Assembly: GCA_965153355.1 (NCBI GenBank)
Contig: OZ231126.1
Coordinates: 25,234,001-25,298,000, forward strand
DNA from: Flaccisagitta enflata
Taxonomy: Eukaryota
Length of the DNA: 64,000 nt
Direction of reading: 5' to 3'
The notes beneath the pieces are model-generated. The model was given only the letters and a program-made list of their open reading frames with translations. It had not been told where the DNA came from and made no database searches. Below are positions 40,852-54,560 of the stretch, in pieces. Every line of letters begins with the position of its first letter. The stretch's first letter is position 1. The position numbers and the translations under genes were made by a program.

Positions 40852-41760
40852 ATTGTATTGTATTGTATTGTATTAATGGCTCAATAGTGTAAAAATATAC
40901 ACCTTTACAAACAGAGTTGCAAAATGAGCTGTACATTCATGATTGTACAGGGTCCCTCAAACATAACGATACTAACAATGATTAAAGACGATATGGACTA
41001 AAAAGACAAATGCGATAACGACACTAACAATAAATAAAGTCAGGACGAACCAAAAATAGAAATAACAGAAGTGACCCATAATAAATAAATAGCGCAATAA
41101 AGATGGATACCCATCTAGTGTAATCATTTTTCAGATTTTTTTCATTCTACCGTTTGCGTATCTGGTTTCCCATACTTTTTCAATTTCATCTATTATTTCA
41201 TTCACCGTACCAGGATTATCACTGTATATATCACGAAAGTCACATGGAGCACCGTCCCTATTTTCCCGCGTCCACTTTTTACAGGAGTTCAATCTATGGT
41301 TCTCGTCATCAGGGACCAGACATTCATTACATATCTCGGGTATAGTACCCTTCATGTTTTTACCACATTCGAGCATACCATTCTGTGACAAGAAAATTGT
41401 GCGTGCCCTTTGTTTGTTGGTCCCAATAATACAATTCAAAGGTTCACAATTATATTTTGTGTTTGTAAGCGCGTCATGTATGTGTTTTGTTTTCGTCAGA
41501 ACCTTGGCTACATCATTATTCATTACTACACAATTTTCCAAGAGTTTCTGTCCATTTCTTTTCAAAACTGCCACCCGTACTTTTTCTTTCCATTCATTGA
41601 GTGTGTACTGTTTTATCGTTGTAAGGTCAGATTCCAGGCTGTACTCGTTTAGTTTTTGAAACATATTCTCAGCCCAGCCAATATTCATTTCCCGCAGTAC
41701 AAGGAGTGCCTTAAGGGACCATTTCGATTCTTCACGATTGAGCATTCTATAGAATGATAT
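40852..41760 (-). mobile_element. 5'-truncated non-LTR retrotransposon (LINE) 3' end
   Basis: Uninterrupted minus-strand frame 41131-41766 of non-repetitive protein with a C-x2-C-x7-H-x4-C knuckle (CNECLVPDDENHRLNSC) typical of LINE ORF2 C-termini, then a ~250 nt 3' UTR and an (AATAC)n tail at 40852-40874. RT domain absent; clade not assignable. Confidence 0.8.
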
Positions 41761-42198
41761 GGACAAAACGACCTCTCACGAATCGAAGTCGAAAACAATT
41801 TCAACTGCGAGGAGAGAAAAAAGTGGAAAATAAAAAAAAAATCGAATAAAAAACTCTTACGGCAGAAAGAGGAAGCTTCGCAAAGTCGGAACGATCGAGT
41901 TGGAAAAAAAAAACAAATGAACTCAATTTTGGAGGGAAAAGTATCACTCGAACTGAGTATTTTGACAAACTTCTATCAGACCCAATCCTGAGTTTTAACG
42001 GATGCAGTGGTTTTCAGATGTTCTGTCTACATTAGCTTAGGATGCTATACAACATCCTCGAAATGTACAACTTTAAGCCTCTCTGTAAAGCAGTTTTGTT
42101 GTTACCAACCTGAGCTTGTTAAATGTTCGCTCGAAATGTGAGCTTATAAATGGGTTCGTTCTCCGGAAAACTGTTGTTCAAGTCGTGTTAAAGACGAG

Positions 42199-42214
42199 GA
42201 TGATGATGATGAAA

Positions 42215-42295
<81 letters not shown>

Positions 42296-42342
42296 GTGAT
42301 GATGATTGATGATTGATGATCATGAGGATTATTGATGATGAT

Positions 42343-42377
<35 letters not shown>

Positions 42378-42391
42378 TAAATGATGATGAC

Positions 42392-42466
<75 letters not shown>

Positions 42467-42475
42467 AACGATGAT
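42199..42475. repeat. (GAT)n microsatellite
   Basis: Directly visible. Confidence 0.95.
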
Positions 42476-42626
42476 GGAATGTTAGACTTATCTTTAAGAA
42501 GACAAAACTTCTCATATTCATTTTTTATCTATCCATTTTGAAACATCCCTTCTTTTCTTCCCCTCCTCTTTTCTATCCTTCTTTTCATCTCCGCTTCGTC
42601 CTCTTTCTCTTCATTTCTCTCTCTCT

Positions 42627-42716
<90 letters not shown>

Positions 42717-42848
42717 CTCCTGCTCTCCGATCGCCCCGACACTTGTGTCCCAGGAGTGGCATCCATTTTACGTCGACTCATTGTGAAGGAAGTAATTGAA
42801 AATGTGACGGAGAGGGAGAACGACCGGGGGCCCCGGCAATTGAGCCAG

Positions 42849-42943
<95 letters not shown>

Positions 42944-43326
42944 CGCGGGCCCACAAGCAGGCTGACAGGGAGAGGGGGTGGGCAAGATAGACGCACAGAC
43001 GGAAAGTCAGACGAATTGAAAGACAGACAGACCTCAGAAGAATCGACGGCCTGACAGACAATAGAAAGGATTGTGTTGCAAAAATTGATCCTTTTTTTCG
43101 CAGAGAGAATTTTGGGTCGGAAAGACGTTAGTGGTGCTGGTTGTGGTAGTGCCGTCAGTAGTAGACATACCAGGATGGACAGACTATCCTCAAGATGCGG
43201 GAAGACTTTCCGGAGAGAGCATTTGCTTTCTTCAAATGGGCATGACGTATGAACTGACAGTCTGAAGCATTTCAGAAATCTTCTGATGTCTCAATTTAGA
43301 TGTTACTACCTTCATAGATTTCGTGA

Positions 43327-43469
43327 AAAAAACAAGGCCAAGTAGGCCAATAAGGTGCGTCGTGCGGATCGTCGAACGAATGCGTTACAGACCAACCGAC
43401 CAACCGACGGACGGACCGACCGACCAACGGACACAGCCAGTTATAGAGGTGCGTTGGCGCACCTAAAAA
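43327..43469 (-). mobile_element. HINE-like element, AGGTGCG family
   Basis: Near-identical to 5288-5412. Confidence 0.8.
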
Positions 43470-43573
43470 GATTATAGAGTAAATGAAAGGTATTGTTTTT
43501 TTTTCATATTTTGTGCTAATCTAGTCTTAAGATATTTTCCACAAAAAATGCAAAGAACATTTTGACCATTAAA

Positions 43574-44473
43574 CAGTCTAGGGACCAAACAAGGAGAGTA
43601 GATTTTGCTGATCACTGGTATGATGCTAAGGACTGAAAGAATTAACGGAAGGACAATTACTACCTGTAGTAATTGTTCAAAATGTAGGCTTGTAATTACC
43701 TCATAGAAAATGACTGAGGGCTGAAAGAAACTATTGCAAGAACGCTTACTACAGGTAAACCTATATTTTGAACGATCACTACAGGGAGTAATCGTTCTTC
43801 CGTTAATTCTTTCAGTCTTTAGTAAATTTCTATGAGGTAATTATAAACCTACATTTTAAAATCAATGACATGTACGCCTAAGCATCCACTCTCCTCTCAT
43901 CGTGAGTCCAGGTCAAAATTCATAGTACAGTGTTTTTTTTTTTGCAGTTTCTCATAGTTTGAGGGTTGTATGAACTATAACTATCACTCATGAAATCTTG
44001 TCTATTTTGTTAGAAAATTTGTAATCCTGATGACATTACCTTTCATTTGATATGTCGCACTATATACTTTCTTAAAGGATTATAATTTTCAATTTTTTAG
44101 CCACCGTTGCAAAATTATAACGGTGGCTTAGAGATTGAAATTTTTATTTCTTCTTAAAAACATATAGTGCAACTTATCAGACGAAAGGAAATTACATCAA
44201 GATTACAAATTTGCTATCAAAAAATAGGTCTGAATGAGTTGAAAAATTCTCAATTCAAAATGAGGCTAAAATTACTCATTCTTTTATATTTCTCAAAAAG
44301 CGCCCTTGAGAAGATTTTATAACCATTAGTTTTAGTTAAAGTAACCCTCAAACTATCACAAACTACAAAAAAACCTACTGTACTATGACTTTTCACCTGA
44401 ATTCACGCTGAGATGACAGTGCATCATAACGGTGATCAGCAAAATCTACTCTCCTCGTTTTGTCCATAGACTG
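43574..44473. mobile_element. Palindromic MITE (CAGT terminus) with an insertion in the left arm
   Basis: TIR cagtctagggaccaaacaaggagagtagattttgctgatcac / gtgatcagcaaaatctactctcctcgttttgtccatagactg; symmetry continues to a centre agccaccgtt-gcaaaattat-aacggtggct near 44115. TA on the right, AA on the left. Confidence 0.8.
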
Positions 44474-44542
44474 TAAAGGTAAGGCACTTTGAATGCTTTT
44501 TAGATAAAAAAAAAGAACAACAACAACAACTACAACATCAGC

Positions 44543-44600
<58 letters not shown>

Positions 44601-44630
44601 GCAACAACGACGACGACGACGACGACGACG

Positions 44631-44706
<76 letters not shown>

Positions 44707-44715
44707 AAACAAAAA

Positions 44716-44747
<32 letters not shown>

Positions 44748-45002
44748 CCAACAACAACAACAACACGTTTCTATGATGCACAGGTTTTTCCCCCAACATC
44801 CCTCAACATCCCTCACAGTGCGACACCGTTTGAGCTCTCCAAAGAACGTGGCTCAAGTTGTGAACTAAACGGTTGTTTGGCAAATGGAGACTCGATCAGC
44901 TGGGAAAGAAATAAATTTTGACCACGATGGCGACGGCGGAGAATGACAGTAATGGCCAAATCAGCTGAGAAACACATAAATTTAACGAGCAACGCCGCGA
45001 TG

Positions 45003-45470
<468 letters not shown>

Positions 45471-45917
45471 GATCGACCTACGCAGGTAAACCGTTATACA
45501 GTAACACAGTTGTCCTTTGGCAATATCGGAGATTCGGCAGTAACAGTAAAAAATTATCAGTCCCTTGAGTTCCGTTATTGCGGGATGTTACAGATTTACC
45601 TGTTTGCCTTAATACATTTTTTGCTTTTTGTCTATCACTGTTTTACATTCTTACTATCATTCTAAAATTCAAAACAAAAGTATCTCCTCACGCTCATAAA
45701 AACGGGAAAACGTGGCACTGAATTAGATTGCTCCCCAAGGTTAGAATCTCTAACCAACTCGGATCAAAAAAAAAGAATGAAAAAAAAATCAACTGAAAAA
45801 ATAGTTTTTTCCCCTCTCTTCAGCGGACGGACGTCAAAACCCCTCCCCCAATTTCCATTCTATATGTAAATTGGAACTTGGGCTTGGTCCAAACGTCTGA
45901 CTCTTTCTCAGACTTTC

Positions 45918-46021
<104 letters not shown>

Positions 46022-46381
46022 CGCATTCGATGAATATCTTTTTTCCCCCTCTCTCTCTCTATCATCATCCTACCCACCCTTATCTCCCTCGTCACACCCC
46101 CACTCTCCCTAGCTTCACCACCCTCACAACGAGTCGCTCGCTCACTCCTTTCTATCGTTCAATCTTCTGAAGGAGAAAAAATGCAGCAATTCGCTGATTA
46201 AAAGTGTTCAAAGCGCTGACGGAGGCGAGATAGAGACAGAGACGTGCGACTTTGCGCGCCGATGCCGACAGAGACAGAGACAATGATGTCTGTGAGAGAG
46301 AGAGAGAGAGAAAGAGAAAGAGAAAGAGGAAGAGAAAGAGAAGGAGAAAGAGAAAGAGAAAGAGACAGAGACAATGATGTC

Positions 46382-46441
<60 letters not shown>

Positions 46442-47562
46442 ACTTGTCGATCTGGCGACAACGGATTATATTAATGATGTTTTTCGGTTCCAGAAATGCC
46501 AAAAATGAGGCAAATCTGGAACCGATGCCATCTTCTACTTAATTAGATTTGGCGCACTGAGGTCGCTTCATATTGCCCTTCATGCGCCCCCTCCCCTTCT
46601 CGCCTGTTTCCTCTCGCTCTCTGTCAGCCTCATACTCCCTTATACAGAGATTGTATCCTGATACCCCTTGAATCCCAAACCCCCGCCCTGCTTGACTCCT
46701 GCAGGAGTAGTACTGCTACCACTGCCGAACCCCCCCCCCCCCCCATCCTCTCCTCCGCTGCTGAGAACGCTTCAAGATGCCCTTTAAGATTTCTGCCTGG
46801 TCCTGATCCACGATTGTTATCACTCAATCCTATACCACCTACTCTGCGCCACAGCTACAACTGTCCATCTTTACCATTGTGTTTGGATCATTGTGTTTTT
46901 CGAATATCGCTTCCCCACCCCTTTGTTAATACTTGGAATATTTTATTTTCTTTTTTTTTCTTTTTTTTTGCATTGGGACAATTATAGAGATATCACATAG
47001 GGAATGTATTTGGAATATCGAGATTATGTCTCCAATGCGACACCCCCTTTCTTGTAAGTTGTATTACTTGTTGTAGTCCCTCCAATCCTTTTTTCCCCAG
47101 CACAAGTTTTGCGCAATTCCTTACCCCTAGCTTACCCCCATGAACGATGATCCCTCAACTTTCAATACCCGTTACTACACCAACTTATACATCAACTTCA
47201 CCACTTAGTTCCATTCATGTTGCCCCTAACATGTAATGCACACTACACCTGCTGAGTTACAATCGATGTGTCCGTAGCCAAGCCTTAATTCCATAATCGG
47301 TTTTGGCTCTCTTGCAATGTTAGAATCGTTACATGTTTCCCTTCAAACCCATACCACAACTCTAATCCCGAGTTGGACGCATAATGCCTCTTAACTATCT
47401 AACCCCTTTCGCGAAATTTGCACCCCCCCCCTAACAAAAAAATATTCGACCTGCGTCAATGACGCCCCGACAGAGCTTCAAGCCCGACAGGCTTTATCAC
47501 TTGTTCATTCTTTTCAAATCCTAATTTACATTCTCATGCGAGAAATTACAACTTAATTTGTT

Positions 47563-47743
47563 ACACACGGCTACCCCAGTCGCGTGCGGGTGGGCAGGGG
47601 CTGTGTTTGAGGTCACTTGATCATTTGGGCAGGAGCAGTGAGACCATAGACCGCAAAAAAACACAAAAAAGTAAAGTGTGACGGACGGACGGACCAACGA
47701 ACCGACCAAGCGGGGTGTAGAGTCGCGTAGCACGCAACTAAAA
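47563..47743 (-). mobile_element. HINE-like element, family A
   Basis: acacggctaccccagtcgcgtgcgggtggg...gtagagtcgcgtagcacgcaactaaaa. Confidence 0.8.
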
Positions 47744-48127
47744 ACACACACATCCTTTCTCATTTTCCCGCTGAATATGCTATTATGCTACTTCTCCCCC
47801 TGTTTTCTTTTTCTTACATTTTTTTTTCATTTTTTGTCTTCTTTTTCTACAAGGGTTTACGTCCAACAGGGGTGTAAGTCCGAAAAACAGGGACGTCGGC
47901 CAACGTCCCTGACGTCCCTCCCAGTAAACCCATGACCACCACCACCACTAATGTTGCTTGGTATCGGCCCCCCGTCCATATGTCCGCCTCCTTTCCAGCT
48001 TAACTCATTCATTTTTTTCTCCATATGTTCATCCCATTTACCCATAACCCATTTTCCTCTTCGAGTTCAAAACACGAATTGCAATTTCCATACATTCTGT
48101 CCATGTTACACTTACACATACGTACAT

Positions 48128-48251
<124 letters not shown>

Positions 48252-48577
48252 TCTCTCACTTATTTTCTCACCCCTCCTCACCTTCTTTTTTTTTTCTGCT
48301 GCGAAATCCTTTTGCTTTTTCCTTCTTTCTCTTCGCTCACGCGATATGCATAACAAGGAGAACGAAGGTCACTGAGTCTTTGCTATCAGAGCTCAGGGTC
48401 GACGAATTTCTGTCAAACCCCATCTTCTATCTTCTCTCTCCTCTATCTTCTCTCTACTACATCTCCACTCTCTATCTTTTCATCTTCTCTATCCTTTCTT
48501 TTCTTCTCTTCTCCCTTCTCTCTGCACTAATTCATTCCACCCCGTCCACCCTACATGTAATGTATATGTATAGGACG

Positions 48578-48692
<115 letters not shown>

Positions 48693-49215
48693 CCATCACA
48701 TTTTCTACCACCATCTATTCACCCCATCTCCTCGAAGCTTCTCCACCGTTTCTCCATCGGACCACCCCCGAAAAAAAATTCCCTCCTTAATTCCTTGCCA
48801 GACTTTTCTCGTGATCCGGCTTAACGTCGGTCTCCGCCCACTGACCCTCATTATCCACGGAGTGCCCCACATTTTCTACCGTTTGATTCTGCACACTGAC
48901 ACCTAAACCATCAACACATAAACACCATCCCCATGTTCTTATCCATTTCCCCTGAACTAAAACTTTTTTCCTCATACCCATAGTATTTTTTTTTTTCGCT
49001 CGAGGCCTGAAACAACACTAGTATTCAATCCACTGCCTTAACCCACACCTGTAACTGTCAATCTCTTAGACTCTCACCCCTTTCAAACCTCATTTTGGCC
49101 CCCTTTTTCCATAATTAGTAATTTCCTTCCTATTATGAGCTGAGACAGTGCAGTTCGCATATACTTCTGATTTTCTTCCCTAAAATGCATTTAATGTATG
49201 ATTTGTATCACATCA

Positions 49216-49370
49216 TTTTTGATCGCGTGCATGCGACTTCAAGTATGTCGGATGGATGAGTGGTCGGATGGTCGGCAGGTCCGTAACACTTAGCTTTTTT
49301 GGCGTTTTTGGGCGTTTTCTTAATCACTGCCCCTGCGCACCCGCACGCGACATGAGTAGCGGGTCTTGTT
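49216..49370 (+). mobile_element. Degenerate HINE-like element, family A
   Basis: ttttgatcgcgtgcatgcgact...cacccgcacgcgac...cttgtt. Confidence 0.6.
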
Positions 49371-49856
49371 CTCTCTTCCTATGCCGCATCCGCGTCCGCT
49401 TCTGTCTTCCACGATTCCCCTTTCCGTCTCAGAAACTGTAACTCATAACTTCCTTCTGTTATTGTCTTTAGCCTCGTAACGAGTCGGCGCCCGTTACACT
49501 TCCGTGGCCACCCTTTGGGGTTTAGAGATGGTGCATATGTTCATGATGGAAACAGTAAACATTACAGCACGTCTATAGCACATAAACTTATCAAAATTTA
49601 TACAATCATAGATTTTTTTTATATTTTTATTCTTTGTTTTCGAAAAGGAAACAATCCTTTGACATGTTCGGAACGCTATTGAGTGTTGTCAAAATTCGAT
49701 CATTCACCGCCTCTTGGGTGTAACCACCCGTAACCACCCGTAACCACCTGTTGGTGTAACCACCCGACTAAATTGAAGAGAAAACCTTAAGTCGCCGTGT
49801 ACTCAGCCTTATAAAGATAGATTTTAAAACCACTCCATTTTTTCTCTTTCTTTGAT

Positions 49857-49975
49857 ATTTTCAGTAGCGGATACGTAACTTTATAAGAGCCTATGTTCGT
49901 CCGTCCGTCCATTGGTTTGTCCTTGCATATATCTGTCTTTCCATCACTCTTTAGTTGAAAAGTGTGGAAACGCTT
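49857..49975 (+). mobile_element. Degenerate HINE-like fragment (14296 family)
   Basis: tttcagtagcggatacgtaactttataagag..gtccgtccgtcc..agttgaaaagtg. Confidence 0.5.
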
Positions 49976-50444
49976 ATTTCTTCCTCTGACGATGTTGTTG
50001 TCCAGTGTCACTTGTCTTTTTTCCACCTCTTGGAATTCGGCTCCCCTTCTCGCCATCCTCTCTGTCCCCAATTTTCGATGTCATCCTTCCTTTCTATTTC
50101 TTTCAGGCTTTGAAGGCTCGTTTCGTTTTTTCCTTTTTTTTTTTGTCGGTCTTCCACTTTTTTCTGGCATTAGGAATGAAGAAACAGAAAGACAAGAGAG
50201 AGGCTCGGCAACGCCCTCTATTCTTTCGACTGTGTGGGGTGGGGGGATACGTCTATTCTTTCAGCTAGCGGAGCCTCTAAACGCAAGGGTAAGGGGCTGA
50301 AGGAGGACAAGAAGGGGGTGTGGGTGTTTTTCACGGGGGGAGGTAATAAGTAAATCTATTCTTCTTGCATTTTTGGGCTTTTTAAAAACATGACATGGAG
50401 TCAAATGGGGGAAGAGGGGGGAAGTACTTTTACTCTTTCTTTCT

Positions 50445-50752
<308 letters not shown>

Positions 50753-52543
50753 GCCCTCTCTCATTGCCGTCGTGATGTATACAGCCATAGTCGCGGCACC
50801 TGTGTAGCAAATGCAAATGTGGGTTGTCATGAAGTGAAGACTCGTGATTTCCTGCTTTGTGCTAGATTTTCTTTTTTCTGCTTTGTCATGCGTTTCACTC
50901 AAAGCAAAAGCAAAAACTTACCTCATTGAAACGAGACACGCGTTCGTGTTATCAAAAAGAAGAGAGAAAAAAAGAAGTAGGCTACGTTTCACCGCAACAA
51001 CTTTAGTTTCTGTGCTGTTAAACATTTTTTTTCTCTTTTCTTTTTCCAGATTGTTAGATTTGCGGTTATATCGAGGATGCAAATCTCAGTTATTTGTCAA
51101 AAGAGTCTGTCAAGACAAAGACTATCATTTTTCACTTTTCCCCTTTTCCCTTAGTACTATCACAAATGATAGTTTCAAATACATTTTATGTTTAGGTAAT
51201 GGTTTACAGCATTACCCTTGTCGTGGGGTTCTTCCATCCGAATAATATTTACCGTTTTATTCTTTTTTTTTCTTTTTTTTCCTTTCCTCTCGTGAACACT
51301 GGTGAAGAAGATGAAGGAGAAGATGAATGAAAATCAAGGAGAAGATGATGAAGATGTAAAAGAGTATAAATAAAAAGTTAAAGGATAGGAGGAGGGAAAG
51401 GAAAAAACTTAGCCTAAGTTGAGGAAGATGATGAATGAGAAGTGAAGGAAAAAAATACTATAGATATGAGGCAAAAGTCAAAGAAAAAGAGAAAATGAAC
51501 GAAATTATGAAGCAGTAGATGAAAAGGAAGCACAAGAGGCTTAAGATGAAGAATAAGTAGAAGAAAAGGGAACAAGAAGAAGAGACAAGGCAAAAGTTGA
51601 CTTGAAGGAGAAGGGAAATAAGAAAGCCACAAATGAGAAATGAATTGCGAGCTCTTACTTTTAGAAGTGCATTCAATCTCTTCCGTCCATTTGTCTTAGC
51701 GCTGAGGCACTCGGCCTTTCTTTCCTGCTAACCTTTGTCGTTCCTTTTTTCCTTCTTCCTTCTCTTCTTCTATTCCCTATGCGACGTTTGTTTGAGTGAG
51801 AGGGAAAAAGAATGAGTAAAGAGAAAACGAGAAAAAAAAGCCCCACCCCTTAAACCTTGATTCCTGCCTCATGTCGCGTTTTCATTCATACTAATGCAAG
51901 TCGTCGTTCTTTGACTTCCCCCTTCGTTCCCCCATTCCCCATTGCCCTTGTTCCCCCTTTCCCCATCGTCATTTGCCATTGTTCTCCGGCCTCTCTTTTT
52001 CATATCGATTTCTCAATTCTATCGTCCGTATTTTACCATCTTGCTTTTGTTTTGCTTTGATCATCTTGTCCAAGATCGTGAAAACGTAACTTCTTTAAAA
52101 AATCAACTTTCTCAGCTCTTTAATTTCAAGGGGGAAACCTTCTTTTTTCCCTTCTAACAGCCTAAGTCTTCTCATTTCCCCCACCATGAACATCGGTAAT
52201 ACAACTTCCTCGCATATCTTGGCCACTTTTGAGGCGAATCCCGCTTTCCTCTTTCTAAACCCCCGTACAACTCCAGAATGTCTCTTCTATATTATGCTCT
52301 CAGAACGCGAGGAAAAAATGTAATGTGGTTGTTTCCAGGACACCCCCAATTGTCTATAAAAAACTTCTCCCCTACTCCTTGCCACTTTCTCTGCGTGACT
52401 TCACATTGCCAACCTTTTTGGCTTTTACCAAAAAATATTCTCGCTCTGACTCCGCCGCCATCGCTGCCGCCTCAACTGCCGCCCCAACTGCCGCCTCCGC
52501 TACTGACACCGCTTCATCCCCACCACTGCTTCCTTCTCCACCA

Positions 52544-52544
<1 letters not shown>

Positions 52545-52574
<30 letters not shown>

Positions 52575-52623
52575 CGCCACCGCCACCGCCACCGCCACCG
52601 CCACCGCCACCGCCACCGCCACC
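52545..52623. repeat. (CCGCCA)n hexamer repeat in a GC-rich patch
   Basis: Directly visible. Confidence 0.9.
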
Positions 52624-53723
52624 GAGTCATTACTCATTCTCGCACTCGCGCGACGTCATCCACTTCTTATCTGCCGTCATATTAACCCTCACCTTATCTT
52701 TTTCCTTCCGCGTTAACCCTCACCCACCCTCATCCATATTCTCCTCCTCATCTTCCTCACCCTCCTCATCCTCATATATTCGCATTTGTCGCCCGCAAAT
52801 CGGCTCTCACTGTCAAGTTGAGTGTCGGTAGCGACTGTCGGCCCCAAAACGCGGTTTAAGACCGTTGGTTGTCGCGGTGCCTGACGGTTGATTTACGCTG
52901 TGCCCAACACTTTGTTTATGCAGCGCCCAATGGTTCCTTTGCAAAGTCCCTTGCTGTCGGTTGACGACTTGACGTAGTGTCCAATGGTTTGCAAATAAGG
53001 TGCCTGACTGTTGATTTACATGGTGCTCGAAGATTGGCTGAAACGCTCCCCGGCCGTTATTTGACAAAGTATGGGAAGGATGGTAAATGTGGTAAACTTT
53101 GGATAACATACTTACGGATGGATCATGGGTTGCTTGATGGTGAATTTATATGGTGCATCCTTGACGGACCCCAAAAACTAGTGCATGACTCTCGGCTCAA
53201 AATGCGGCGCACGACAGTCGAAAATCGGCTCTATAAGTTGACTGCAAAGCCTGGTTTCAACGGTCGGTTGACTCGGCGCCAAAATTTGGTTGAAAATTTT
53301 TGCCTTCAACATTCGACTTAATTGCGGCGCCAGTTTAAGATTTGGCATCCACGAGCACAGTTGGGTAAAAACCAGAAGCATTTGTATGGTATGATGAGGC
53401 GCCAACTGTTGGCTTGACTGATGCGGCTGTCTAGTTAAGTGGTGCCTCGTCCGAGTGACGTCGAATGGCCGAGATGTATGAACAAAATACAGTGTATCAT
53501 CTCCTAAAGGACTTTTCCGTCTTGTCGATGTTCACATCTGCGTTAAATCTGCGACCACGGGCAAATTATCGTATGCAACCTTAAACTGGCTCTTTTCACA
53601 GATACTGAACCCCCAATTATTCTTTCTTATCTCCTATTCTGTACGTCAGGCCTACCATCCAACCTATCTCTAACTACATTGGCCAATTGGTTCATTCACC
53701 CCCCAGTTCTCTTACACCCTCAC

Positions 53724-53826
<103 letters not shown>

Positions 53827-53921
53827 AAGAAGAAAAAACTCCTTGAAAGGCTGAGGAAAAAAAAAAGACATATGAAAAAGATCGCATAAAAGGTAAAAAA
53901 GTAAGAAAAGAAGAGAGAGTG

Positions 53922-54553
53922 AAACAAGCCCAACAGGCCAACAGTCGCGTGCTAAGTTACAACACAATTACACAAATTCATACTACACAACTTCATACTA
54001 CATAACTTCATACTGTATAACTACATACTACAACTTCATATTACATAAACGTCTGTCCCAAAAAAAGTTACATTCTGAACCAATAACGAGTGTCCAATAA
54101 AAAGTTGACAAAATACCCAAAATAGGCAAAATACCTTAAAATACCCAATGATACTCAAAAATACCCAAAAACACTTAAAGACACCCACAGATACTCAAAA
54201 ATACTCAAAAATACCCAAAAGTATCTGAAAGTACCCTAAAATACCTTGAGTACCTAAAATAACTTAAAAATGACCAAAAATACCCAAAAGTACCCAAAAA
54301 CACCCAAAAATACCTAAAAATACTCAAAAATACCTAAAAAATCCCAAAAGTATCTGAAAGTACCCTAAAATACCTTAAGTACCTAAAATTACTTAAGTAC
54401 CCTGAAGTACCCTAAAGTACCCCAGAGTACCCTAAAATACCTTAAAAAACCTTAAAAAGTCATAATGTCAAAAACGTGACGGACGGACGGACGGACGGAC
54501 GGACCTACCGACCGACACGGCAAGGTGTAGAGTCGCGTGCACGCGACTAAAAA
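53922..54553 (-). mobile_element. HINE-like element (family A ends) carrying ~10-bp aaataccc(a/t)a arrays
   Basis: Left aaacaagcccaacaggccaacAGTCGCGTG; right (ggac)n..gtagAGTCGCGTGCACGCGACTaaaa; internal tandem arrays. Confidence 0.8.
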
Positions 54554-54560
54554 GAGAGAG

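Noticed and set aside
43658..43790. tacctgtagt...actacaggg hairpin resembling miR-10/miR-993
   Set aside because: Lacks the TACCCTGTAG seed, the arms are too far apart, and it lies in a rearranged module inside a MITE.
45484..45602. Short inverted pair caggtaaa / tttacctg
   Set aside because: The IR is too short to separate from chance without other copies.
47867..48122. Possible hAT-like MITE (caggggtgtaagt ... acttacac)
   Set aside because: The right end is too degenerate and no TSD is visible.
52278..52831. Poly-Pro/His-Arg ORFs as a possible Hox3 exon
   Set aside because: Explained by the (CCGCCA)n repeat; no hexapeptide or homeodomain and no convincing splice context.
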